From NCBI RefSeq assembly GCF_000014265.1, contig NC_008312.1, positions 4,140,001-4,172,000 on the forward strand: a stretch of 32,000 nucleotides of DNA. Direction: 5' to 3'. This stretch comes from Trichodesmium erythraeum IMS101 (GTDB taxonomy: Bacteria; Cyanobacteriota; Cyanobacteriia; Cyanobacteriales; Microcoleaceae). The position numbers and the translations under genes were made by a program. The notes beneath the pieces were generated by a model, which saw only the letters and a list, made by a program, of their open reading frames with translations, was not told the origin of the DNA and made no database searches. Below are positions 1 to 9,438 of this stretch, one piece after another. Each line of letters begins with the position of its first letter. The stretch's first letter is position 1.

Positions 1-720
1 AGCTTTCTGTAAGTATTCTAATGCCTTTTGGGGTTGACCTATACTGCTGTAAACGTTACCAATATTATTCAGAGTAGTAGCTTCTTGTGAGCGATAGCCC
101 ACTTCTTGCCAGATAGGTAAAGCTTTTTCGAAGAATTCTAATGCCTTTTGGGGTTGACCTATATTAGAGTAAACTAGACCAATATTATTGAGAGTAGTAG
201 CTTCTTGTGAGTGAGCGCCCATTTCTTGCGAGATAGGTAAAGCTTTTTCGTAGTATTCTAATGCCTTTTGGGGTTGACCTATACTGCTGTAAACTAGACC
301 AATATTATTGAGAGTAGTAGCTTCTTGTGAGCGAGCGCCCACTTCTTGCGAGATAGGTAAAGCTTTTTCGTAGTATTCTAATGCCTTTTGGGGTTGACCT
401 ATATTATCGTAAACTAGACCAATATTATTGAGAGTAGTAGCTTCTTGTGAGCGAGCGCCCACTTCTTGCGAGATAGGTAAAGCTTTTTCGTAGAATTCTA
501 ACGCCTTTTGGGGTTGACCTATGTCAGAGTAAACTCCACCAATATTATTGAGAGTAGTAGCTTCTCCAAAGCGATAGCCGACTTCTTGCCAGATAGGTAA
601 AGCTTTTTCGTAGAATTCTAATGCCTTTTGGGGTTGGCCTGTTTGGTCGTAAACATAACCAAGACCAAGGTTAGCCACTGCCTCATATTTTCGGTCTTTA
701 ATTTTTCTAGCAATAGCTAA
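1..720 (-). repeat. Six near-identical 120-bp tandem units plus a degenerate seventh at 721, encoding the TPR units
   Basis: Units start at 1, 121, 241, 361, 481 and 601 with an exact 120-nt period. Each begins agcttt(t/c)t(c/g)g.a..attctaa.gccttttggggttg.cct. Only a few substitutions per unit by eye. Confidence 0.9.
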
Positions 721-921
721 AGCTTCTTGAAGCGTTTCTATAGACTCCTGATATTGGTATTGCCCTATTTGTTGCTGTGCTGTTTTTATTAGTTGCTCTA
801 ACTTTTCTGCCTGAGAGTTTGAACTTTGAGCATAACTGCTTTGTGGTAATAGCGGCAGTATTAGGGCAGTTGTAGTCAGGGTTGTTATTCCTATTAGACA
901 GGTAACAATAATTCGTTTCAT
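1..921 (-). CDS. TPR-repeat protein with N-terminal signal peptide; C-terminal part runs off the left edge of the window
   Basis: Absent from the ORF track because it is open at the window edge. Reverse-strand translation from ATG (921..919) gives MKRIIVTCLIGITTLTTTALILPLLPQSSYAQSS..., then 40-residue units such as ALEFYEKALPIWQEVGYRSQEATTLNNIGNVYSSIGQPQK. This is a TPR_10/12-like pattern. Confidence 0.75.
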   Translation of the reverse strand, partial: MKRIIVTCLIGITTLTTTALILPLLPQSSYAQSSNSQAEKLEQLIKTAQQQIGQYQYQESIETLQEALAIARKIKDRKYEAVANLGLGYVYDQTGQPQKALEFYEKALPIWQEVGYRFGEATTLNNIGGVYSDIGQPQKALEFYEKALPISQEVGARSQEATTLNNIGLVYDNIGQPQKALEYYEKALPISQEVGARSQEATTLNNIGLVYSSIGQPQKALEYYEKALPISQEMGAHSQEATTLNNIGLVYSNIGQPQKALEFFEKALPIWQEVGYRSQEATTLNNIGNVYSSIGQPQKALEYLQKA

Positions 922-1096
922 TTTCTGATTTTCTCCAAATAAATAATTAAATAATTAATCAGGACTTATCCCTAGTCAGAATTCAGTCAGGGATGACTTT
1001 TGAGCGCCCCCCTTGGGGAGACAAAGGGGGGTTGAATTGTAACTTTTGACTTGCCCGTAGTAGTGCTATACCATTACTATCCAGGACCACCAAATA

Positions 1097-1489
1097 TTAT
1101 TCTTTTCTTGACTTTAATGTAGCAGTAATAATCCAAATTTGTCGCTCCGGTTCAAACTCCATCTTACTCACAACATAACGACTATTAATAATATTCCTCA
1201 TCTCCCTGGGTATACCCTCTCTTTCATCCACCCGAATCACACTTTCTGGTTTAATCTCAATAGGATTCTGATCTGCATTTGTCCATACCAACCCATCCAC
1301 TCCCACTTCAAAACGTCGAACCGTCCCTATTTCGTCTACACTACCCCCACGAAGAATTATTATCCCATCAGAAGCGGGCCACCAAAGGTCTCCATAAAAG
1401 CTAATCTCTTGAACATTAGCGATCGCTTCTCGACCACGACTTCCACCTTTTTTAACAGTAATATATTCAGAATTTACATCTATTACCCT
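1097..1489 (-). pseudogene. N-terminally truncated paralog of the 4888..5262 secreted protein, reading through into a 69-codon extension (the 1097..1306 track ORF)
   Basis: 1307..1486 aligns by eye with 4891..5070. The reverse frame is open from the stop at 1490..1492 down to 1097 and reads ...VIDVNSEYITVKKGGSRGREAIANVQEISFYGDLWWPASDGIIILRGGSVDEIGTVRRFE-VGVDGLVWT... It has no ATG and no signal peptide. The track ORF starts at an internal GTG. Confidence 0.55.
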
Positions 1490-1667
1490 TTAACCAAGTT
1501 GCTGACTTTATCACCTTTCTAAAATTTAGAGAAAAGTTAATTAAACTCAACCTAAATACAGAACAATTAGCCCAACTTTATCAAGAATTTGCAGAAGAAG
1601 ATCGTCAACTTGCCGAAGAAGGAATCAATGAATATGCTGATTTATTAACTCAAGAAGATAGACTATG
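1489..1667 (+). pseudogene. 5'-truncated antitoxin gene fragment upstream of the MazF-like gene
   Basis: Frame reads PFNQVADFITFLKFREKLIKLNLNTEQLAQLYQEFAEEDRQLAEEGINEYADLLTQEDRL*. The stop overlaps the ATG of the next gene (ATGA). It matches 5625..5806 but lacks the N-terminus and start codon. Its 5' junction with the secreted-protein paralog lies near 1487. Confidence 0.6.
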
Positions 1668-2009
1668 AAAACTGAACGAGGAGAAATTTGGATTGCCACT
1701 CTTAACCCCACACAAGGTTCTGAACAAGCAGGAATTCGTCCAGTTATTATCTTTCAAGAAAACACGATTTCTCAATTTACTACGACTATTATTACCATCC
1801 CTTTAACTACTAATTTAAGATGAAGTTCTTTACCTAGTTGTTTACTTATTCCCACAAATGAAGGTGGATTAAATCAAGATTCAGTTGCTTTATGTCATCA
1901 ATTAAGAGTATTAGATAAAACTCGTTTAGGTCACAAGTTAGGAAAACTAAGTTCAACTATCGTAAATCAATTAGAAAGTATTGTATTATTTACTTTAGGT
2001 TATAAATGA
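1665..2009 (+). pseudogene. mazF: MazF/PemK-family type II toxin interrupted by an in-frame TGA at 1821..1823
   Basis: Translation MKTERGEIWIATLNPTQGSEQAGIRPVIIFQENTISQFTTTIITIPLTTNLR*SSLPSCLLIPTNEGGLNQDSVALCHQLRVLDKTRLGHKLGKLSSTIVNQLESIVLFTLGYK. The GEIW...P.QGSEQAG.RP motif matches E. coli MazF (KGSEQAGHRP). The frame is continuous apart from one stop at codon 53. Confidence 0.75.
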
Positions 2010-2058
2010 AAAACATATTTCATAGCTCTAAAATTTTCCTCACCTCAACTAAAACTTC

Positions 2059-2158
2059 TGTAGTCAGGGTTGTTATTCCTATTAGACAGGTAACAATAAT
2101 TCGTTTCATTTTCTGATTTTCTCAAAATAAATAATTAAATAATTAATCAGGACTTACC
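2059..2158 (-). repeat. Orphan ~100-bp copy of the 5' end and upstream region of the TPR gene (871..970)
   Basis: tgtagtcagggttgttattcctattagacaggtaacaataattcgtttcattttctgattttctc.aaataaataattaaataattaatcaggactta occurs at both loci with 1-2 mismatches by eye. Confidence 0.85.
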
Positions 2159-2264
2159 CACTGGCACTACACCAGCGTTAGGACGAATGCCATTCGCTCC
2201 TACATATGGCGTTTGCAGAATAAGATCGTCAACTTGCCAAAGAAGGAATCAATTTGAGGTACAT

Positions 2265-3515
2265 TTATGGATAAAGTAGTATTCCCAAGATTCCTGCAAC
2301 GGGAATTACCAAAATCACATCAACTTTGAAGCGTAAGATAGCAAACAACCCACCCATTAAAATTAAAGCTGAGACCCAATGAATTTTCACACCTTGTAAT
2401 AAAATCAATGCTGCAGCAAAAATCATACCAATTACAGCAGGACGAACGCCTTTTAATGCGGTCTGAATTGTAGACGAATTCTTAATCTGTTCTAGTAAGT
2501 CGGAACAAGTAATCATCAACATTGCGGGGGGGAAAAAGATACCAATAGTTGCAACCAAAGAACCTAGTATTCCCTTGACGGCATAACCAATGAAAGCTGC
2601 ACTAATGAGGATTGGACCAGGTGTTATTTGACTTAAAGCGATCGCACTCGCAAATTCTGTTTGGGTAACCCATCCATAATTATTGACAACAATCTCTTGA
2701 ATCATAGGAATGAAAACATAACCACTGCCAAACAAAGTTAGGCTCATCCCTGAAAAAACGATAAAAAGTTTAGCTAGACTAGTATTTTCCAAAAAAGGAA
2801 GTGGAACTAAATACAAAACCAAGAATGCTGAGAGAACAAAGGAAGAAAGAAGCAATTTTGTCTTTGAGATTAATGGAGAAGTGATAGGACTAGAGATATT
2901 ACTAGTAGATAGTTCACTAGCAGTAGCATCATAATATAAAAGGTAACCAAAAATTCCAGACCCTAGTACAATAAGTAAAGTTGTGTAAAATCCACCTACA
3001 AACTTGAGAATAATAAAGGCAGCAACAGCAATTGAAATAGACTTCCAATTTTTAAGTGTTCTAATTGTTTTTTTGCTCAGTCGCCATATAGCTACTAATA
3101 TAATGGCAACCATAGCTGGGATAAATCCAGCAAAAGCTTTACTAATGGCAGAAATTTCACCTACTCGAAAGTAAAAAGCCGTAAAGCTGACAACGAGAAG
3201 ATAAGTTGGTAGCAATACTCCAGTAGTGCTAGCAAACGCTCCTCTAATCCCTCGAATTTTATAACCTATGTAAGCAACAACATTTACAGCAACCGGTCCG
3301 GGAAGAACTGTTGCTAGAGAAATACCATCAAGCATTTCTTCATGAGATAGTAGCTTATGTTGTTGAACAATCATACTTTCACACACTGAAACTAGTGCCA
3401 TAAAGCCCCCAAAAGCCGTACTCCCAATTTTCAAAAATGCCCAAAATAGGAAACTTTCTTTCTTTAACTTTGATTTAGCATCATTTGGGATTGAAGTATC
3501 AGTCATGTCGCCCAT
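2265..3515 (-). CDS. chrA: Chromate ion transporter (CHR family), two-domain form
   Basis: 416-aa polytopic membrane ORF with two CHR half-domains: GSTAFGGFMALVSV...LPGPVAVNVVAYIGY and LTLFGSGYVFIPMIQ...ITPGPILISAAFIGY. Confidence 0.85.
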   Translation of the reverse strand: MGDMTDTSIPNDAKSKLKKESFLFWAFLKIGSTAFGGFMALVSVCESMIVQQHKLLSHEEMLDGISLATVLPGPVAVNVVAYIGYKIRGIRGAFASTTGVLLPTYLLVVSFTAFYFRVGEISAISKAFAGFIPAMVAIILVAIWRLSKKTIRTLKNWKSISIAVAAFIILKFVGGFYTTLLIVLGSGIFGYLLYYDATASELSTSNISSPITSPLISKTKLLLSSFVLSAFLVLYLVPLPFLENTSLAKLFIVFSGMSLTLFGSGYVFIPMIQEIVVNNYGWVTQTEFASAIALSQITPGPILISAAFIGYAVKGILGSLVATIGIFFPPAMLMITCSDLLEQIKNSSTIQTALKGVRPAVIGMIFAAALILLQGVKIHWVSALILMGGLFAILRFKVDVILVIPVAGILGILLYP

Positions 3516-3819
3516 TTTACAAACCTCCTTCTAACTGGACTTTTGAAAAAAATAGATTGAAAATAATCTTAAAACCTTATATAGCGCTACGTGCTAAGGT
3601 TAGGACATTTTTAGATTCCTTAACAATATTTTTTAATACATGAAAGAAGTTAAAAGTGTCCTAACGTCTTTTTGTACTACTATACAATCATGTTTTTACC
3701 TTGAATCAACCGTTTTCTTGATATACCTACGTTTTTAGCTATTTTTAGTTCTTTCAGGTATTTCCCTTGCTAAGACTGGGTTTGGAGCCATTTTCGGTGT
3801 AAAAAATCTCAAAGTCCAG

Positions 3820-4854
3820 CTAATAGGTTTTACTATCGATCAGCGAGCAGCGAGATTTAATGGCCTCTAGTAAAGATAATTGTTGTTCTCGTCGTTTTTT
3901 ATCTTTGACATCTATCATATCTCTGACTTGAGCTTTAGCTTTTTCATTTTGTAGATCAAACTGGGCAATTTCTTCCTGACTAAAGGTTCTAAATTCTCCC
4001 ATATTTGTTTGATTTCGCTCATATCCAAGAGAGTCTAGAACATCCCCTGCAACACTTTCAAAAATTTTGACTTCTTCTTTTGTTGCTTTACTCAGAAATT
4101 TATTAGAATTTTTCTTGATAATAGGTTTAGATACATTAGACCATAGAGTACTAGATGATGATGTATTACTAGCTTCCCTTGAATTATAGAAATCCAACAT
4201 TGTCGGGCTAAATTCTAGCTCTAGAAACCCACATAAATTATATAGACTTAGTTCAGGCGAATTAATCAGATCTTCATAACTCAAACTAAAAAATTGTTCA
4301 CCTCTAAGTTGCTTTTTGATCTTTAAAGCTGCATGTTGGTCTTTTCTCCACTGTTGAGCAATATGAAAAAAATGCTTTTGTCCGACTACTGCTTCCTTGA
4401 AAGAAACTGCTACGTCTCGGCCATCTCTGTAAAGATATAAGTATTTGGCATTAGGAAGATAAGCATTGATTTGAGGAAAATAGTGAACATTAGCTAGGCT
4501 TTTGCAACACCAAATTTTGGCATCCCAAGCTTCAGCATAAATATCATAAACACTTGAGAAAACGGCAACTAATGTATTTTCCATACAACGAGACAAAATA
4601 TTATTTCGGTCAAACTTGATCCTTTCCCAGGGAACAGGGTTTAATTTGATTAATTGACAAGTATCATTAACAAGCTGTTTAAAGTTTTTACTAACTGATA
4701 AATCACCATAGGTAAAGAGTAGGGGCATTAACCTTTGTATTATATGAGGAGGATGAGGTGCCGCAATGATACTTATTTCATTTAAGATAAGTCTCAATAA
4801 ATTCGAGCCTGATCTTTGTGTACCAATCATTATTATAGGCAGTTTTGATGTCAT
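3820..4854 (-). CDS. PAPS-dependent sulfotransferase family protein
   Basis: 344-aa ORF with a 5'-PSB-like motif (MIGTQRSGSNLLRLIL) and a 3'-PB-like motif (YLYRDGRDVAVSF). Confidence 0.75.
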   Translation of the reverse strand: MTSKLPIIMIGTQRSGSNLLRLILNEISIIAAPHPPHIIQRLMPLLFTYGDLSVSKNFKQLVNDTCQLIKLNPVPWERIKFDRNNILSRCMENTLVAVFSSVYDIYAEAWDAKIWCCKSLANVHYFPQINAYLPNAKYLYLYRDGRDVAVSFKEAVVGQKHFFHIAQQWRKDQHAALKIKKQLRGEQFFSLSYEDLINSPELSLYNLCGFLELEFSPTMLDFYNSREASNTSSSSTLWSNVSKPIIKKNSNKFLSKATKEEVKIFESVAGDVLDSLGYERNQTNMGEFRTFSQEEIAQFDLQNEKAKAQVRDMIDVKDKKRREQQLSLLEAIKSRCSLIDSKTY

Positions 4855-4887
4855 ATTTTTAAACCAATAAGTCTAGATATAATCCTA

Positions 4888-5262
4888 TCATTCTTCAAAA
4901 CGTCGAATCTTCCCTATTTTGTCTACATCATCCCCACGAATAACTATTATCCCATCAGAAGCCGGCCACCAAAGGTCTCCATAAAACCTAATCTCTTTAA
5001 CATTAGCGATCGCTTCTCGACGACGACTTCTACCTTTTTTAACGGTAATATATTCAGAATTTACATCTATTACACTACCCGATCGACTATCACCACTGTT
5101 AAGTAACACAGTCCCATTACGAGGCAAAGAAACAGGAATAGGTTTCACAGTTGGTTTAGCTTCAGCTTGGACAATAGATTTAGGATTAGCGATCGCTTCT
5201 CTTGTCTCTCGGGCCATCAAAGTTAGGCAGGCCACCAAAAAAATAATTGTAATTCTAGTCAT
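4888..5262 (-). CDS. Small secreted hypothetical protein
   Basis: 124-aa ORF with a signal-peptide-like N-terminus (MTRITIIFLVACLTLMARETREA). A truncated paralog lies at 1097..1489. No family recognised. Confidence 0.55.
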   Translation of the reverse strand: MTRITIIFLVACLTLMARETREAIANPKSIVQAEAKPTVKPIPVSLPRNGTVLLNSGDSRSGSVIDVNSEYITVKKGRSRRREAIANVKEIRFYGDLWWPASDGIIVIRGDDVDKIGKIRRFEE

Positions 5263-5571
5263 TTTTATTTTCCTGCTTTAATAAAAAGATTATCTATTAC
5301 TAATCTAATCAATAATTACATTGATTTTATAGATTATTTCCACTTAATTTTTATTCATAAATCTTTCACAACCAAATGCTCAAATTGCTATAATAGATAT
5401 TTGAATGCTTTAAAAGGGTGAAAATGCTTATTATAATTGCATCCTTTTCAAGATATTTTGATTATTACACGGAGTCAGTTTTTAAATAGTTTATCTTGAA
5501 ATAAAATGCCAAAAATATGAAAGTTGAAAGCATATAAATAACGAAATACTTACCATAATCTAACTAAAACT

Positions 5572-5806
5572 ATGAACACCAAAGAAAAAATAAATCAACA
5601 ATTCAACCAATTAAATGAAGAGCAACTTAACCAAGTTGTTAAATTTATCGCCCTTCTAAAAATTTAGAGAAAAGTTAATTAAACTAAACCTAGAAACAGA
5701 AAAATTAGCCCAACTTTATCAAGAATTTGCCGAAGAAGATCGTCAACTTGCCGAAGAAGGAATCAATAAATATGGTGATTTATTAACTCAAGAAGATAGA
5801 CTATGA
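5572..5806 (+). pseudogene. Antitoxin gene (same family as 1489..1667) with a +1 frameshift in an A-run; only the first ~14 nt of the toxin gene follow
   Basis: ATG at 5572 gives MNTKEKINQQFNQLNEEQLNQVVKFIALLKI* with the stop at 5665..5667. It has ctaaaaattt where the copy at ~1515 has ctaaaattt. Shifting frame restores ...FREKLIKLNLETEKLAQLYQEFAEEDRQLAEEGINKYGDLLTQEDRL*. The ATGA overlap at 5803..5806 is followed by atgaaaaatgaaca and then unrelated sequence. Confidence 0.6.
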
Positions 5807-5946
5807 AAAATGAACAATTATCTCTTACTAATCTATTCAATCATTATATTGATTTGATAGATAATTTCCACTTAATTTTTATTCATCTAAATAGTCAAAT
5901 TCCTATAGTATATACCTAAGTCAAAACAGAATTTATATTTACAATT

Positions 5947-6816
5947 ATGTTAGGAAAAATTGCCAGTTTATTAAGCTTTTTAGGAATAGGTTTATATTTT
6001 ACAGGTTGGATTTATCGTTGGACTTACTTTGGTTATTTTCAACTAGAAGTCACCACCCTAGATTTACCTTTTGAATCATTTTTAATAGCACCAATACAAG
6101 TATTTTTAGGCAACATATCCATAGGAGACTTTTCCACTATTCTGCGCAGTATAAAAATAGCGATCGCGACTTTTATAATTGTTCAAATAAGTTTCCAAAG
6201 CATTAGATTTGCCAAAGAAGAATTAAGCAAAATTCTAGATAAAATCCGTTTAAAACTATTAAAATTAAGCCTCAAAAGTAAATACGATAAAATCTCTCCC
6301 TTTCTGCAACTACCCCTATATTTTCCTAAAAATAATCGCCAAAAAAAAGGCAAAGCTTTAATAAGTGAAATTGTCATAGTAACCTGGTTATTAACAGCCT
6401 TATTTTTCCTCGGTCAAAGTCAGGGAAAAGTTGATGCTATTCGAGACGCCCGCAACGAAACATCATTATTACCAGTAGTTACCTTAATAGCTCCAAAAGA
6501 TACACTACCATTAGGCAGAAATATTTTCGATCTCACAGACGATCCTAACAGAAGTAATTTTCGAGCGATCGGAGACATTGAACTATATGAACAGCTAATA
6601 CAAAGAGACTATAACAACAAAAGCGACGACAACATTCCCAAAGTAGTGTGGCGACTATTATTTGATGGAAACAGTCAATATTATATATTTCCCTCAATAC
6701 CAAAAAACTCACAACCAAATGCTCGCCCTCCAGTTTTAGTCATTCAACAGAGCGAAGATGGAAAATATATCCTTATTCTCAGCCCTGAAACACCACCTCA
6801 ACCTAAGCAAAATTAA
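5947..6816 (+). CDS. Hypothetical membrane protein
   Basis: 289-aa ORF with hydrophobic segments at the N-terminus and at ISEIVIVTWLLTALFFLG. No family recognised. Confidence 0.5.
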   Translation: MLGKIASLLSFLGIGLYFTGWIYRWTYFGYFQLEVTTLDLPFESFLIAPIQVFLGNISIGDFSTILRSIKIAIATFIIVQISFQSIRFAKEELSKILDKIRLKLLKLSLKSKYDKISPFLQLPLYFPKNNRQKKGKALISEIVIVTWLLTALFFLGQSQGKVDAIRDARNETSLLPVVTLIAPKDTLPLGRNIFDLTDDPNRSNFRAIGDIELYEQLIQRDYNNKSDDNIPKVVWRLLFDGNSQYYIFPSIPKNSQPNARPPVLVIQQSEDGKYILILSPETPPQPKQN

Positions 6817-7066
6817 CAACCATTAGAACCTACTGTATGATGTAGTTCATCAATTTGAAAAGCCCTGTCAATGCAAAAATATTGATCTATAAAGGCTTTA
6901 GTATTTTTAGACTTAAAAAAACGTCTATTTTTCGGTCCTAAGAGCCCAAAATACTAACTTTTTGAGCTCTTCCTAGGCAGAAAAATAAAGGGAAAAATAT
7001 ATCCCACTACCTCCTCTATTAATTTCCTGTTTTTCTGTAGGGAAATTGCATAAAAAAAATGGGTTT

Positions 7067-7110
7067 CATCTCCCGTAGCGAAACCTCCTTACTTCTCCTA
7101 CTGGGAGATG
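7067..7110. terminator. Stem-loop in the convergent intergenic region between 5947..6816 and uvrB
   Basis: catctcccgtag (7067..7078) pairs with ctac-t-gggagatg (7098..7110), giving 12 bp with a one-nt bulge and a 19-nt loop. No clear U-run, so terminator function is uncertain. Confidence 0.3.
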
Positions 7111-7238
7111 TTAAGGATGAGTCTCCTACTTCTGAAAAAGACTTTTTTAGCAAACCCTAACCTAATAATATTTAGCCTTCAAAAATGAGGCTTTAGACCC
7201 AATTATTTTGAGCAAGCAAACTTTTTTTTTGATAAATT

Positions 7239-9239
7239 TCAAGAATTACCGACTAACTTATCCCGCAAATGTTTAATGCGATCGCGTAACTTAGCCGCCT
7301 CTTCAAACTCCAAATTTTTCGCCGCTTCCTTCATCTGACTTTCTAACTTTTTAATCCACTCCGGAACATCATCCAAAGACAAATTATCCACCTGTTCATA
7401 AACCTCTTCCAACTGTTGAGAATTTAAACGGCGCGACACATCCAAAAACGCCAAAATAGCATTACTTTGTTTTTTCACAACAGGCCGTGGCGTAATATTA
7501 TTCATCTTATTATATGCCAACTGAATACCTCGCCTTCTTTCAGTTTCATCAATAGCCTTAATCATACTATCCGTCAAATTATCAGCATATAAAATAGCCT
7601 GACCTCGGATATGACGCGCCGCCCTACCAATAGTCTGAATTAAAGAACGTTCCGCCCGTAAAAATCCCTCCTTATCCGCATCTAAAATAGCCACCAAAGA
7701 AACCTCCGGCAAATCCAAACCTTCCCGTAATAAATTCACCCCAATTAACACATCAAACTCTCCCTCTCTCAACCCCTGTAAAATCTCAATTCTCTTAATA
7801 GAATTAATCTCCGAATGCAAATAACGAACCTTAACACTTTGATCCTCTAAATATTCAGTCAAATCTTCAGCCATCCGCTTAGTTAAAGTCGTAATTAAAA
7901 CCCTCTCTTCCAGCTTAACCCGTTCCCTAATTTCACCCAATAAATCATCAATTTGACCTTCAGTCGGACGCACAAAAATTTTCGGATCAACAACACCAGT
8001 CGGACGAATAATTTGCTCAACAATTCTATCCTCAGATTTTTCTATTTCCCAATTTCCAGGAGTAGCAGAAACCAAAATACATTGATTAACCTTTTCCCAA
8101 AATTCCTCAGATTTTAAAGGTCTATTATCCGTAGCACTAGGCAAACGAAACCCATGTTCAACTAAAACTTTTTTCCTAGCTTGGTCTCCATTATACATTC
8201 CTCGAATTTGGGGAACAGTCACATGAGATTCATCAATAACTAATAACCAATCTTTCGGAAAATAATCAATCAAACATTCCGGCGGTTCCCCTGCTTTTCT
8301 ACCCACTAAATGCCGAGAATAATTTTCCACTCCATTGCAATATCCCACCTCCCGTAACATTTCTATATCGTATCTGGAACGCTGTTCTAAACGTTGAGCT
8401 TCTAACAACTTTCCGGCTTTTTCTAATTCTTTTAATCTCTCATCTAATTCTACTTCAATATCATTACAAGCAATTTCTAATCTTTCTTCAGGAGTAACAA
8501 AGTGACGCGCCGGATATACATTTAAAGACTCTAAACTTTGGAGAATATTTCCAGTTACAGGGTCAATATAACGAATAGCATCTATTTCATCTCCAAAAAA
8601 TTCTACCCGAATAATTCTATCCTCATAAGCAGGTCCGATTTCCAAAACATCACCCTTAACTCTAAATTTTCCTCGACCTAAATTCAAATCATTTCTAGTA
8701 TATTGAACTGTTGCTAAATCTCTCAAAATTTGTCGTTGATTAATTTCTTCTCCCACTTGTAAAGAAATAGCTGCTTTTAAATATTCTGACGGAATTCCTA
8801 AACCGTAAATACAACTAATAGAAGCTACCACAATTACATCTCGACGTTCAAAAAGTGACCTAGTTGCTGAGTGACGCAACATATCAATTTCATCATTAAT
8901 AGAAGCTGTTTTTTCTATATATGTATCCGTTACCGGAATATAAGCCTCCGGTTGATAATAGTCATAATAACTAATAAAATATTCCACAGAATTATCAGGA
9001 AAAAAATCCCTTAATTCATTACATAATTGAGCAGCCAATGTTTTGTTATGAGCCAAAACTAACGTCGGTCTACCAACATTTTCTATGACAGAAGCTATAG
9101 AAAATGTCTTACCTGTACCAGTAGCTCCAAGTAAGGTTTGAAAATTATGCCCAGCTTGAATATTGGTAGTTAACTGAGCGATCGCTTGAGGTTGGTCACC
9201 AGTAGGTTGAAAGGGAGCTTGCAAACAAAATTTTTTCAT
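7239..9239 (-). CDS. uvrB: Excinuclease ABC subunit B
   Basis: [23 protein letters not shown], Walker A GATGTGKT, helicase motifs, and a C-terminal UVR domain ([16 protein letters not shown]). The track ORF extends to 9272, but the N-terminus conserved among UvrB proteins begins at the Met at 9239. Confidence 0.95.
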   Translation of the reverse strand: MKKFCLQAPFQPTGDQPQAIAQLTTNIQAGHNFQTLLGATGTGKTFSIASVIENVGRPTLVLAHNKTLAAQLCNELRDFFPDNSVEYFISYYDYYQPEAYIPVTDTYIEKTASINDEIDMLRHSATRSLFERRDVIVVASISCIYGLGIPSEYLKAAISLQVGEEINQRQILRDLATVQYTRNDLNLGRGKFRVKGDVLEIGPAYEDRIIRVEFFGDEIDAIRYIDPVTGNILQSLESLNVYPARHFVTPEERLEIACNDIEVELDERLKELEKAGKLLEAQRLEQRSRYDIEMLREVGYCNGVENYSRHLVGRKAGEPPECLIDYFPKDWLLVIDESHVTVPQIRGMYNGDQARKKVLVEHGFRLPSATDNRPLKSEEFWEKVNQCILVSATPGNWEIEKSEDRIVEQIIRPTGVVDPKIFVRPTEGQIDDLLGEIRERVKLEERVLITTLTKRMAEDLTEYLEDQSVKVRYLHSEINSIKRIEILQGLREGEFDVLIGVNLLREGLDLPEVSLVAILDADKEGFLRAERSLIQTIGRAARHIRGQAILYADNLTDSMIKAIDETERRRGIQLAYNKMNNITPRPVVKKQSNAILAFLDVSRRLNSQQLEEVYEQVDNLSLDDVPEWIKKLESQMKEAAKNLEFEEAAKLRDRIKHLRDKLVGNS

Positions 9240-9438
9240 GATTATTTTAAAATTAATTGTACCATTCTTCATGGTATCTTGAATTCGTCAAATTAGGATG
9301 AAAAGAAGGAAAAAAAATCGCACATTGACCCACTTTCTAGCCTGAAAGCGCGGATATTTCACTCAACTGCAACTCCAGCGAGTCGCACTTACATTTATCC
9401 CCCCCATGTTCGTTTAATGTCAACATTTTTAGGTATAT

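Noticed and set aside
1-720. A regular 120-bp periodic array that could be mistaken for a CRISPR array or satellite
   Set aside because: - The units are contiguous with no unique spacers.
- They sit in one long open reverse-strand frame encoding TPR-like repeats.
- That frame continues into a signal peptide and start codon at 921.
1007-1031. An 8-bp G/C-rich hairpin (cccccctt ... aagggggg) between the 1097..1306 ORF and the TPR gene, considered as an intrinsic terminator
   Set aside because: No U-run follows on either strand, and the upstream ORF is probably a relic. I noted the structure but did not call it a terminator.
1139-1522. 127-aa plus-strand track ORF
   Set aside because: - It is antisense to the secreted-protein paralog.
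- The translation is low-complexity, with no motif and no plausible start context.
- It is most likely an AT-rich shadow ORF.
1821-1823. The in-frame TGA in the mazF-like gene as selenocysteine or programmed read-through
   Set aside because: - I saw no SECIS-like hairpin immediately downstream.
- The cognate antitoxin is itself truncated.
- The surrounding region is full of gene fragments, so a simple inactivating mutation is the economical reading.
6183-6377. 64-aa minus-strand track ORF
   Set aside because: It lies wholly antisense within the 289-aa membrane-protein ORF and has no recognisable features.
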